Below are positions 1 to 10,700 of a stretch of DNA of 64,000 nt, piece by piece. Location: NCBI GenBank assembly GCA_013416795.1, contig RQSC01000033.1:288567-352566 (forward strand), written 5' to 3'. Under the pieces are notes generated by a model. That model was not told the origin of the DNA. It searched no databases and worked only from the letters and a program-made list of their open reading frames with translations. Each line of letters starts with the position of its first letter. Within the stretch, counting starts at the first letter, position 1. The translations under genes and the position numbers were made by a program. This stretch comes from Prasinococcaceae sp. CCMP 1430 (Eukaryota > Plantae > Prasinodermophyta).

Positions 1-660
1 CTCTTCAAGCGCACGTTTCACAAGTGCGACAGCACGGCCGCCGAGGCCGTCGGCCAGAGCCAGGCGCAGGGCAGCGGGTCCACCGCGGTGGTTGCGCTCG
101 TGGGCGGCGGCCACGTCGCCGTGGCCAACTGCGGCGACTCGCGCGCTGTGCTCAGCAGGGGCGGCCGCGCCGTGCCGCTCAGCTTCGATCACAAGCCGGA
201 GCGACCCGACGAGATGCAGCGGGTGGAGAGCCTGGGGGGGCAGGTGGTGTTCTGGAACGGGTACCGCGTGCTGGGCGTCCTCGCCATGAGCCGCGCGATC
301 GGCGATCATTGCCTGCGGCCGTTTGTCATCCCCGACCCGGAGGTGCGCACCGTCGAGGTTGGCGCGGACGACGACTTCCTCATCCTCGCGAGCGATGGGC
401 TCTGGGACGCGCTGAGCAACGAAGACGCCTGCAATGCCGCCGCGCGCGCGCTGGCGCGGTGGAGGGAGGAGAGCGCACGCTGTGGCCAGCAGCGCGCGCG
501 CGGTGGCCAGCAGCGCGCTCGAAAGACAGGCGAGCAGCTGGCCGCCGACGTGCTGGTGCGCCTGGCGATCGCGCGAGGCTCGGCCGACAACGTGAGCGCC
601 GTGGTCGTCGACCTGAAGGCCCACAGGCCCAGCACCAGTGCCTCATCCTGCGCGCACTGA
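1..660 (+). CDS. Protein phosphatase 2C, clade A-like (5' partial)
   Basis: Frame 1 is open from base 1. Motifs: [59 protein letters not shown]. The segment [21 protein letters not shown] matches ABI1/HAB1-type clade A. Confidence 0.93.
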   Translation, partial: LFKRTFHKCDSTAAEAVGQSQAQGSGSTAVVALVGGGHVAVANCGDSRAVLSRGGRAVPLSFDHKPERPDEMQRVESLGGQVVFWNGYRVLGVLAMSRAIGDHCLRPFVIPDPEVRTVEVGADDDFLILASDGLWDALSNEDACNAAARALARWREESARCGQQRARGGQQRARKTGEQLAADVLVRLAIARGSADNVSAVVVDLKAHRPSTSASSCAH

Positions 661-1125
661 GCGGTCGCGCGCACCCCGGCGGGCCTCACAAGAGGGATGG
701 AGTGGCGGCGGCTTCGGCGACAGAAACACGCTGAATGACCAGCCACGCCCCTTTTGTTCATTTTTCTTTTTTGTGCATGCGGACGGAAGCACTGGCGGCA
801 TGTCATGTGAACTACGCACCATCAGCCGGCCGGAAGGAAGGGCTGCTGATACTGTACCAAAGTATGATACTAAGCGATGCGGCGCACGCGGAATGGGGCG
901 CGTGGGGAAGCTTGACGGAGCGAGTCAGCACCCAACCGCCTCCGCGCGCACCGATAATGTACAGCTTGTCAAAATGGCAGCACGGCTGCACGCACGAAGC
1001 CGCGCCGCAACTGCGCTGCTATCCCGCGCCAGCGGCGCCGGAGGTGCGGAGCCTTCGCTTGTGTCTGTCGAATTCGTTGTTTACCGATACAGTACAGTCG
1101 CAGCGCATGCCACGGGGTGAGGGCA

Positions 1126-2205
1126 TCAACCCCCCGCCTTCTTGAACTGCGGACTGTTGGGGTCGCACACGCTCCCCTCGAAGTTGCTGCAGCAATCGCC
1201 ATTCTTCACGCAGTTGACGTCGCAGAAGCACGTGTCCTCCTCGTCACTCGGGAGTTTGACCTTGACGCCCTTGCCGCACGTCGCTGGCGAGCACTTGCCT
1301 GCAGTCGCGTCGAGCTCATCGCCCTCGCCCTCCTCCTCTTTCAACGCCGCGATGTAGTCGTATTCGCCGTCGCCCATCATCTGCAAAGCGCTCGCCGCTG
1401 GCACCGCGGGTATAGGCCCCGGGCTGGCGCCGTCGTCTGGCGTGCCGACCATGATGTCCTCGCAGCCTGCGCCGCATACGTTGCATGACTCGGGGCAGCA
1501 GTCGGAGAACACGAAGCAGAGCTTGTCGCAGAAGCAGACGGGGCCGGCCTCCGGGAAATCGTAGGCGAGCACGCCCGCTTCGCAATGCTCGGGAAAGCAG
1601 CTCGGCCACTCCGAGTAGGGCAGATAAAAGTATTCAAACTCTGATGCGCCTTCAGCTCGAGCGAGCCGCGCCTGGCCTTCGCTGCCAGCTCGCCCAGACC
1701 GGTCGGCGAACCCGGCATTCCCGCGGCCTGCAGCTGCAGGCGGCGCGGGCGCGAGCAGCAGTATGAGAAGCAGCGCGCCGGCGCTCGCCGCCGCCGCGGC
1801 AGCGCTGAGCGTAGACAACGATAGTGTGCTGTCTTTGCGGCGACCTCGCCCGCGCCGTCGCCGGGGTGGCGTGCCGTGCGGTGCAGACGCCACTGTGTTG
1901 CCTCCCTTGCTGCCGCCTGCGGCACTAACCGCGTTTCTCTGCCGCGATGTCTTCGCTGCTTCCGCCGCACGGCCCTTGATCACACAGGCCGCGGTCGCCG
2001 CTCCCTTCCTCCTCCCCCTTCCGCTGGCGCGCCCACCGAAGAATATACTCGCAGCAGCAGGCACACACTCCCCTCCTTTTTGGCACGCCGTTGCGCAACA
2101 GCAGTGGCCGCCGTAGCAACGACGGCAGCAGCACCCCGCGGCGGCCGCGGATCTGCTCGCAGCCGCCGCCGCTCGCGCGCCGCCGCCGCCGCCAGCCCCC
2201 GCCAT
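1126..2205 (-). CDS. Secreted/membrane Cys-rich protein with two somatomedin-B-like domains
   Basis: Hydrophobic stretch AGALLLILLLAP, then two C-x-C-D-x2-C-x4-D-C-C motifs (CFCDKLCFVFSDCC; CFCDVNCVKNGDCC). The true N-terminus is uncertain. Confidence 0.65.
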   Translation of the reverse strand: MAGAGGGGGARAAAAASRSAAAAGCCCRRCYGGHCCCATACQKGGECVPAAASIFFGGRASGRGRRKGAATAACVIKGRAAEAAKTSRQRNAVSAAGGSKGGNTVASAPHGTPPRRRRGRGRRKDSTLSLSTLSAAAAAASAGALLLILLLAPAPPAAAGRGNAGFADRSGRAGSEGQARLARAEGASEFEYFYLPYSEWPSCFPEHCEAGVLAYDFPEAGPVCFCDKLCFVFSDCCPESCNVCGAGCEDIMVGTPDDGASPGPIPAVPAASALQMMGDGEYDYIAALKEEEGEGDELDATAGKCSPATCGKGVKVKLPSDEEDTCFCDVNCVKNGDCCSNFEGSVCDPNSPQFKKAGG

Positions 2206-2703
2206 ACCTCGCCGTCAAGGTCATGCCGCTGCCGAGCGCAGCGCGCAGCGCCGCCCGTGGCCGCTGTGGCGCCCCAGCGCACGCACCGCGTCAGCAGCCA
2301 CCCGCCGCCCTTGCCCCCCACCCCCCATCCCTCCGCTCGGGGGCGGCCGCAGGCCGAGCACCACCGCCACAGAGCGACATCCTAACAGCACGTGGCCGCG
2401 CGCGTGCCTCGCAACGTTGCACAAAAAAGTCGGCAGGTGGACAATTCCGAGTCGATTTTCCCACCGAACAGGTGGCCCCCCGCCCAAAGGGGACGGGGAT
2501 GTTAGAAACGCATCGATGAAAACGCCGCCTCTCAGCACGCTCTCCCCGCCTCCTTCGGTGCCGCGGGCCCGCGGCGCCCTCGGCGCTGAAAGGTTGACTG
2601 ATTCGAGCGCTGCTGGCGCGGCTGGCGCGGCTGGGACCCGAATCTCGACGCGATGAGTGCGCGCAGCCGCTCTGCTCGGCGCTCGTGCGGTCGTGCGTGT
2701 CGA

Positions 2704-2704
<1 letters not shown>

Positions 2705-2762
<58 letters not shown>

Positions 2763-2815
2763 TGTGTGTGTGTGTGTCGTGCGTGTGTGTGTGTGAGTGA
2801 GTGTGTGTGCGTGTG
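2705..2815. repeat. Inverted microsatellite: (CA)27-CG-(TG)8 followed by imperfect (GT)n
   Basis: Read directly: CA run 2705-2758, CG 2759-2760, TG run 2761-2776, degenerate GT to about 2815. Confidence 0.95.
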
Positions 2816-3456
2816 CGTCACTGTCACACCGCGTCCGTGCTGGTGTGTGCACACGCGTGTCGCGGGGTGCTCAGCAACGCCGCCGCGCGTCGTGGCCGTC
2901 ACGGCGTCGGTGCCAACCGACACACGCAGCGCATGCGTCACACATGGACATGGCCATTTGACACGCCCAGCGGATCTGATTCTGTGCATGCGCGTCCGCG
3001 TTGGAACTTCCGAGGTCCATCAATGCTAACCACACGCAGTCTTCTGTGCAAAATCATGAACCCGAAACCCTAAACACATCTACGCACCGATGGGTTGGTC
3101 TAGGATCGACAAAAAGGGTCGATGCGTGGATGCTCTGAGCAGAGCAGGGGCAATTGAGCTTTAGTGGAGGGCCCAGGCGGTAGTATGCGGCACACCCGCT
3201 CTAGCTGACCCCTTCTATTGGCGTCGGCTGCTCGGCTTATGAACGTACGAGGCCACTCCTCTCGCTCGCGGTCTCGTTCGCCATGTCGACTGTTGCTATC
3301 GCCGTTGAGACGGCGCGGTGCAGGAGCGTCCTGGAAGGGGCGACCGTGCCAACGCACGCCTGCACCGCCGCTGGTGGTGCTATTGCTCGTGTGTGCGCGC
3401 GCATCATGCGATGCGCGCAGTGCATGGCTTCGTACGCCCGCCTCGATACGCGCGGG

Positions 3457-5505
3457 TCACGGCGACAGCGGCGCGCTCCAGGCGCGCGCCAGGCGGTGGA
3501 CGCGCGGCCCGCCGGTCCCGGTCCCGTCTGGCACGTACACGTCGAAGCGCTGCTCGCCGAAGCCCTTCAGCGCGAAGGAGCCCGCGGTGTCAAATCCGCA
3601 CGGCGCGTTTGGGCCCGCGGCCTCCTTGAACTCGGCGCTGACGACCACGGGCGCGTCCAGCTTTCCTGCCACGGACTCGAGCCTCGCCGCTTTGTTCACC
3701 TCGCGCCCGATCACAGTGAAATCCATGCGGTCGCTCACGCCCACGTTCCCGTACGTGCACACGCCGTAGTGGAGGGCCGAGCAAAATCGCATGAGCTTGC
3801 TTCTGTCGGTGCCTGCGGACTCGTTCCTCGCGTCCACCTCGGACGCGATGTCCGCCAGTGCCACGAGCGCACGCCCGGCGGCGTCCGCAACCTTGTATGG
3901 ACACGCGCCTTTTGCCAAGCGCGCGCATCGCAGCTCCTCAGAGCGCACCTGCTCATCCTCTACGATTTGGCTGCTGCTGCTGAAGTCATCCTCGTGCTGC
4001 GATCTTCGGCGAAGGGAGGCCGAGGATGTGGAAGATGGCGGTGCGACCGAACGACCGGGACTATTGCTGGCGCCACTGCGCGTCCCCGTACTTCTCCTGT
4101 CCACGTCACTGTCGGTCACGCCGCCGTCTTCGTCTCCACTCACATCGTCGTCATCCTCGTCGATCCGAAACACGATGAGGGCGCCGTCGCCCATGAACTT
4201 GAGTATCTCGCCGCGAGCGGTCGGCGAGCGCACGTGACGGGCGATGATCTCGAAGAACTCGCCCAGCATGTCCATCACTCGGGTGGGCGAGTAGCGCACG
4301 GAGAGCGCCGTGAATGAACGCAGATCGCAGAAGCAGATGACAGCGCGGATGTCAATCGTCTTGCCAAGCTGTGTCATGGTGCCCGCCATGATCTTCCTGG
4401 CCGGTGTGCGCCCGACGTACGCCTCCATCAGGGCGTGCGCGCATATGCGCTCGAGCTTGAACGCCAATGTGGAGCTCGTCAGGCGCAGGATGGAGGCGAT
4501 GAATGCAAGGTCATCGTCGCTGAAGCCGTTCGTCCTCCGCGTGCCCAGCGCCAGCATGGCTGGCGTCTGGCTTCCGTACGGTGGGGGCAGGTCGAAGGGG
4601 CTCAACAGGTACTCCGTGCAGCCTGCCTCGTAGTAGTCTTTGAAGACGGGAAATTCCCACTCCTCGCCCGGCGCCGGTGGCACCAGACGCCTACGGAGTG
4701 GTTCGTGTGTCTCCGCCACGACCGACAGCGGCGAGCTCTTGCCGCCATTCTTCGCAGCCTCGCGCGGGTGGTAATTCTTCAGTTTGTGGCGGTCTGAGAC
4801 GATGCGCATGAGATCGACCTTGCTGTACGCAACGCCGCTCTCGCGCATGCCCTCAATCTCGCCACTGTGCTCGTTTTCGCCAGGCCCGAAGACTCGCACG
4901 CTCTTGATCCAGTCGCTTCGATCTGAATCCGGGTCACGCTCTTTCATGAGCGGCTCCTCGTCGTCAGGCGAGTCCGCCAGCCCCCACTTCATGAAAATGG
5001 CGTGAATCACCGGATGGCGGATCGAGAACGCGGCGGCAGCAAGCGGCACGCGCAGGCCACAGGCGTTAAGCGCGCGCACCAGGCCGTCGAAAGAGGCGTC
5101 CAGCGGCTCCGCCCACACTTTGCGGTTGTCCGTTGCCCATTCGAAAATGCAGGCGAAGCGCGACACCTCGCATGGACACTCTCCGCTCTCAGAAGGGAGG
5201 AATCGCGGGCTGCGCTCGCGTGGCCGCCCCACTTCCCGTGACTCGTCGCCAACGCCGCCGCTCACGCCGTTGGCGTCTTCAGCGCCCCGCCGGTGCGGTG
5301 GCACGAAGGGATGTGTTTGTGTTCGAACCTTGTCCGCGTCCGCGTCTGCACAGGTGGAGGAGGTGACACGAGGCGAGCGCGGGCCCGAAGCGGAGCCACC
5401 CGCGAGCTCGCGCTCGGCGGCTGCGAGCCTGCGCCGCAGCGCGGCGTTCTCCGCGTGTAGCCGCGCGAGCTCGCCCGCGGCAGCGCCCGCCCCCGCCAGC
5501 GCCAT
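3457..5505 (-). CDS. Class III adenylate cyclase, bacterial (rhizobial)-type, with N-terminal coiled coil and GAF-like region
   Basis: ATG at 5505 (MALAGAG); no intron needed. Motifs: ICFCDLRSFT, KFMGDG, ALHYG...GNVG, RMDFTVIGREVNKAARLES. Both metal Asp, the substrate Lys/Thr and the Asn/Arg pair are present. Confidence 0.9.
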   Translation of the reverse strand: MALAGAGAAAGELARLHAENAALRRRLAAAERELAGGSASGPRSPRVTSSTCADADADKVRTQTHPFVPPHRRGAEDANGVSGGVGDESREVGRPRERSPRFLPSESGECPCEVSRFACIFEWATDNRKVWAEPLDASFDGLVRALNACGLRVPLAAAAFSIRHPVIHAIFMKWGLADSPDDEEPLMKERDPDSDRSDWIKSVRVFGPGENEHSGEIEGMRESGVAYSKVDLMRIVSDRHKLKNYHPREAAKNGGKSSPLSVVAETHEPLRRRLVPPAPGEEWEFPVFKDYYEAGCTEYLLSPFDLPPPYGSQTPAMLALGTRRTNGFSDDDLAFIASILRLTSSTLAFKLERICAHALMEAYVGRTPARKIMAGTMTQLGKTIDIRAVICFCDLRSFTALSVRYSPTRVMDMLGEFFEIIARHVRSPTARGEILKFMGDGALIVFRIDEDDDDVSGDEDGGVTDSDVDRRSTGTRSGASNSPGRSVAPPSSTSSASLRRRSQHEDDFSSSSQIVEDEQVRSEELRCARLAKGACPYKVADAAGRALVALADIASEVDARNESAGTDRSKLMRFCSALHYGVCTYGNVGVSDRMDFTVIGREVNKAARLESVAGKLDAPVVVSAEFKEAAGPNAPCGFDTAGSFALKGFGEQRFDVYVPDGTGTGGPRVHRLARAWSAPLSP

Positions 5506-6289
5506 TCGCCCGCTGCCGACGAGGTCTCGGCCTCCGCCCCCGCCGCGGGGGGAGCGGCCACAGACGCGCCACCGCTCATGGCGGCGCCGCCCCCCTCCCT
5601 CCGCCGCGCGCGCGCTCTGCCGCCGCCCCCGCTTTCGCGCGCTTTTTTCCGCGCGCGCAACGCATACAAAATCTCCGTCGGTGCATCGATGGGAGATCAC
5701 ATTGAAGGCGCGGCGGATGATGAAACCCTTCAGCGCAGTCCCACACCACACGCCCGTCCCACACCGATCAAATGATAGAAAATCTCACGCGCAACGAAAC
5801 GCGAGAGCGCGGCTCGCAACGACCCCGAGGCGGAAATTCATGGGGGAAATCCCGTCGCCAACCGAAGACAAAAATGCGAGCCGCTGTCTGTTTGCTCCCG
5901 CGCAATTCCGCGAAGCTTCCAGAGAGACCGGCGGAGGCCGGAAGCGCCCGCGCTGCGTTCCACGTCGGATGAGGAGAAGCGTACCATCGATTCGGTGCGA
6001 AAAGTCAGAGCAGCTCGCGCGGACGCAGTAGCGCGCGACGGGACGGATCAAATCGCTGGTATCCGGCCACTCGTGCGAGAGGCACAGCGCGCGACGCGAG
6101 ACGCGTCGCGGATTCGCAGCACGGCCCGATGCCGTGTGCCAGCAGCTGACTTTTGTTTGTGCCTGGCTGACTTCGCTCGCGTGTTACGGTTCGGGTGCGC
6201 GTCGGACCGTTGGCGTCCTCGCATCACACAGGCGCTCACGACAAGGCACAAGGCTTGGCGGCATCTGTCATCCGTCTACTTTGTGTCCC

Positions 6290-7075
6290 CTAGCTAGACG
6301 GGGCGGGGTGTGGCGCTGGCGCGGGGCTGGCAGCGCCGCTGCCAGGGTGGGGCAGCTCGGAGCAGCTCGGCGCCGGCGGGTCCGCCCGCGTGTAGCACGT
6401 GGGCCCGGCGACGCACTCCGCCCTGCAGTTGCCCTCCTGGTACACGCACCCGTTGGCCACGCACATGTTGCACATGCCCCGGAAGTCGCCCACCATGAAC
6501 GACGCCGCAGCCCACACGCCGGCGCAGAACTCCTCGGTGGCAGCGGTATCGGACGAGCCGCCGAGCTCGGCGCAGGCCGGCGCCGGTGCCTCAGCCTGGT
6601 AGCACGTGGCCTGGAAGTCGCCCAGCGGGCCGAACGAGCACTCCGCCCTGCACTCGCCCTCCTGATAGACGCATCCGCTGCTCACGCACATGTCACACAT
6701 CGCCTCGGAGGCACCCGCCTCGAACTTTGCCACAGACCAGACGTCGCCGCAGAACTCCTGGGTCTGTGGGCACGTGCCCGGCATCGTGTAGCACGACACG
6801 TCCTGGACGAAGCATCCTTCGTCGCACCCGCCCAACGCGGGCGTCCACGCTTTCCCAGCGCCCACGCACGCCTCGCAGGTGTCGAAGAAGAGGGCGTCCC
6901 CCTCGGGCGCGCCCTCGGAGGAGAGCATCGGCTCTTCCGCCGCATTCGCAGCGCACGCGCCCCCAACGAGCGCGAGCGCGAGCGCCGCGCCTGCCGCGAG
7001 GAGGAGCGGCCCGACGGCGAGCACGCCCCGCGGCCGCCCTGCCAGGCGCCCCGCCGCCGCCGTTGCCGTTGCCAT
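6290..7075 (-). CDS. Secreted Cys-rich protein with an internal two-copy repeat (unknown family)
   Basis: ATG 7075; signal-like LLLAAGAALALALVGG. Repeat EFCxxVW...MCxMCVxxGCVYQEGxCRAEC...TCY occurs twice; Pro-rich tail. Confidence 0.7.
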   Translation of the reverse strand: MATATAAAGRLAGRPRGVLAVGPLLLAAGAALALALVGGACAANAAEEPMLSSEGAPEGDALFFDTCEACVGAGKAWTPALGGCDEGCFVQDVSCYTMPGTCPQTQEFCGDVWSVAKFEAGASEAMCDMCVSSGCVYQEGECRAECSFGPLGDFQATCYQAEAPAPACAELGGSSDTAATEEFCAGVWAAASFMVGDFRGMCNMCVANGCVYQEGNCRAECVAGPTCYTRADPPAPSCSELPHPGSGAASPAPAPHPAPSS

Positions 7076-7296
7076 CGTCCCGCCCCCGCGTGTCCCCGCC
7101 CCCCTCGCCGCGACACCTGCCGCCGCACGCGAGCGAGGAGGGCAGCCAACCCGGGCGGCCGCTTCGACCCCCTCAACCTCGCCGAGTCGGGCGACCTCGA
7201 GCGCGCGCGCTCTGGCGCCGCCCCGCCCCACCCGCCCCGAGCCCGCGAGGGCTCCCCGTCGGGCCTCGCTCAAAACGCCGCCTGCCACCTGGCAGC

Positions 7297-7424
7297 AGTG
7301 CGTGTGTGTGTGTGTGTGTGTGTGGTGCCTCTGTGTGTGCCTGTGTGTGCGTGTGTGTGGTGTGCCTCTGTGTGTGTGTGTGTGTGTGCCTGCCTGTGTG
7401 TGCGTGCGTGTGTGTGTGTGTGCA
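7297..7424. repeat. Imperfect (GT)n microsatellite
   Basis: Long interrupted GT dinucleotide tract read directly. Confidence 0.9.
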
Positions 7425-7742
7425 TGCACATGAGCTGCTCGCTCGCGCTGGCCTGGGCTACGACTACGACCTCGCATGGACAGTTGGCTGTTTCCAAGGT
7501 GGCAAACTTTTTCTTGTACGCGTTTGGGATACGGTCGTGGTCAAGGTCTGTGGTCGGTGTCGATGTTAGGGTAAATGAGTTAGGGTTTAGTTAGGAGTGG
7601 CACCTCCCTCGTGCGAATTGCGCGCTGGCGGGCGAGCCCACTGCGCGTGCGCTGCGTGGCGCCCTGAGGGGGGGGGGGAGAGTGCGGCCCTCCCCCGCCC
7701 CGTATCTCCTCGACCGGACGCACGCCGCGCACGTAGTGGGCC

Positions 7743-10700
7743 ATGGCGCCGCGAATGGGGCGCGCGGTCGGGGCGGCGGCGGTGGCGGCGGCCGCCGCCG
7801 CCGCACGTGGCAAAGCCTCGCCACCAGCTCGTCGAGCTTGCCGCGTGCCTCGCGCTGTGTTGCGCCGCGGCGGGAGCTGGGACGGAGGCACCACCGCCCG
7901 CGGACGGGGCGGTCGCAGCGGGCGTGCTCGCGCTGGGGGCCGAGCACGCGCACGTGGTGCCGCACGCGGCACTGAGGGACGCCGTTGCGCTCCAAGGCGC
8001 GGCCGTGGAGTTCACGCTCGCGTTCGCCGTGCTGCTTCCGGTCGGTGCGAGGGAGCGCGACCACGACAGCAGGGGTGAAGCGCACGAGCGGCAATTCCGA
8101 AGCCTGCTCTTCAAGGTGCGCATCGACGCCCTCTCACTCGCGCCGGCTGTGCGAGCAGGGACGCGCGTGCACTCGCGCTCTCGCTGACGAGCGCGTGTCA
8201 CTGCTCGCCCGCCCGAACGCCCGAGCGCAGGGCTCCTCCGATGCCGACAGAACGCCATCCATGTGGCTGCTGCCGAACGAGGACCGCCTGACGTTCCGGG
8301 TCAGCACAACGCGATGGCGGGAGGCTTGGGGCACGTCGGTCGCGGAGCTCTCACCGCGCGAATGGCACAGAGTCGTCTTCGTGGGCAGGGCGCACGGCGT
8401 GCTCGAGCTGTACATCAACGGCGCCCTCGACTCGCGCCAAGCGGTGGAGGGCGAAGTCGTGGGCAACTCGGGTCCTCTGCGACTAGGCAGGAGCGGCCCC
8501 GAGGGCGCCGGCGCGCTGCTCGCAGACGTGCGGCTGTCTGGACGCGCGTGGAGCGAGGGCGAAGTGGCTGCCGACGCGAACGCCGTGCTGTCCCGCCTCA
8601 CCAGTTCGGGTGCGGTGCTGGATGTATCAGCGATTCTTGGAAGCGTGTCGCCCGGCGACGGAGGAGGAACCTCGTTGCGTCGGCAAGTTCTCGGCAAGCC
8701 CGAGCCGCCGGCGCCAGTGCCGCTGGGGGCGCGTGCTCGCGCGGCGTGCCTGCGCACTGGCGAGGAGGCCCTTTCATCAGCGCCAGGGGAGCGCTTCGTC
8801 GTCGAATGCCCAGCGCTGTGTCGAAAGGCGGCGTTTGGCTTGGCCACGGTGGCGTGGCCGCTCGGAGGGCCCGACATCTCCGCCGCGGCCCGCAGCGGAG
8901 ACGGAGACGCACCCGCGCCGGTGCGCACGCACGCGCATTCGTTTGCACTGAATTCGTCCGTGTGCGGCGCGGCCGAGCGCCTCCGCCGCCTCCAGCAAGA
9001 CGAGCGGGCGGGGCGCGAGGAAGTCAGGGGTGAGCAGGAGGCCTTGGACGACCCCGCCAAGGCATCGGCGGCGATGCTTGACCATTCGGCCGTGGCAGAG
9101 GATTTCCCGCTAGCAGTCACTGCAGAAATTGATGGCAGCGAGCTGCGTGTGCACGAGTGCGTAGAAATGGATGCGGACGCGCTGAAATTGGAGGCGTCCG
9201 GCGCATCGACAGCCGCGGATGTGCATGAATTGGCTCGTCGTCACGGACGCTCGCCCCTCGCCGAGGTCGCCCTGGCGCGACCAACGTACTCCCACGGCGG
9301 TGGAGGCGTGCCATTTGCGCTATCGCGCCGCGACGAGGATGGGGAGGATGCATCTGTCGCGCAAGAGGTGTGGTGGAGGATCCAAACCGGCAGCACGCCG
9401 ACCCCAGTGGAAGTATCCGATGCGCTCGAAGCTGCTCAGGTTCCGCCACTGGCCTCGGCTGCAGTGTGGCACTCTCTCGCCGAGGCGGCGGAGCACGTCA
9501 CTGATGCGGAGTACGCCCAAGCACGCGCGTCCTGGGCACTACTGAGCGCGGCATCGTTCGGGGACGCCAGCGCAAATTTGGCACTGGGGTGGCGCACCAT
9601 GCGCGACGAGGAGGGCGACTGTGAGAGCGCGCTCTTCTACTTCGTGCGAGGTGCCAAGCAAGCGCGTGAGGAGTGGGCTCGGCCAGGCCAGCAGCGTATC
9701 ATGGAGGGTGTGCTGCTGTCCGAATCGCTGCGGCAGGTCAGGCGTGACGACAAGGCAGAAGGCGACGACCGCGCGGAGGCGCTCGCTATGGCTTCCAACG
9801 GAGGCAAGGGCGACACTGACGCCACTATGGAACTCGCCAGACGCTACTACTTCGGGACGAACGGCTTTGCGAGGGACCACGCGCGCGCTCGTCGGTTGTA
9901 CCTGGCAGCGTGGGCGCACTGCAGCTTCGTGCCCGCGGGCATTGCCGCAGCTAAGATGGCCTTCAAGGGCGAGGTATGTGATGTTTGCCGTCTTCGTATT
10001 CTCCTGGATGCGCCGCGACTCGCGCGCGCGCGTTATGGCAGAGTCTCCCCAGCTACCTCGCACAGCGAAGATGCATTCGCAGCGCTAACGTGGCTGGCCG
10101 CGCCCCCTGTCTTGACGCGAGCGCACCCAGGGCGGCGACAAGGACCACGTCATGGCCAGAGAGCTCTTCGAGGAGGGCGCCTCGCACAACAACTCGGATG
10201 CGCTAGTTGGGCTTGCCGCGCTCATATTTGCGAGCGACGAGGGCCCGGAGGCGCTTGCTTTGTTCGAGCGCGCGGCCGGGTTGGGGGCGGCCGATGGTGC
10301 CTCCAACGCAGGCCTCATCCTCAGGGGCGGGCTCAAGGGCGTGCAGCACGACCTGCACAAGGCACGCGCGTACTTTGGCCAGTGCGCAAGCAAGGGCAAT
10401 TTCGTTTGCCTGCACGAGCTAGGCCAGATGGAAGCGCTGGCCGAAGGAGGGGCGCGGGACTGCGAGGCCGCCGTGAATCATCTGCGCGCCGTGAATGAGG
10501 TGGGGCCGTGGTCTGAACGATTGAAGAGTGGACTGAAAGCCTTCACGGCGTCAGACACAAAGAAGGCTCTTTGGGAATACGACCAACTGGCACGAGCGGG
10601 ATACGCGAGTGCATTGCACAACGCGGCATGGCTCAGGTATGAGGGACGTCTCCCAGGAGGCGGAAGTGCTGGGGGAGCTCTCGGTGAGCTGGCGCGTGCC

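Noticed and set aside
2291-3073. ORFs with HT/CV dipeptide runs (also 7270-7497 and 61968-62590)
   Set aside because: These are translations of CA/GT microsatellites.
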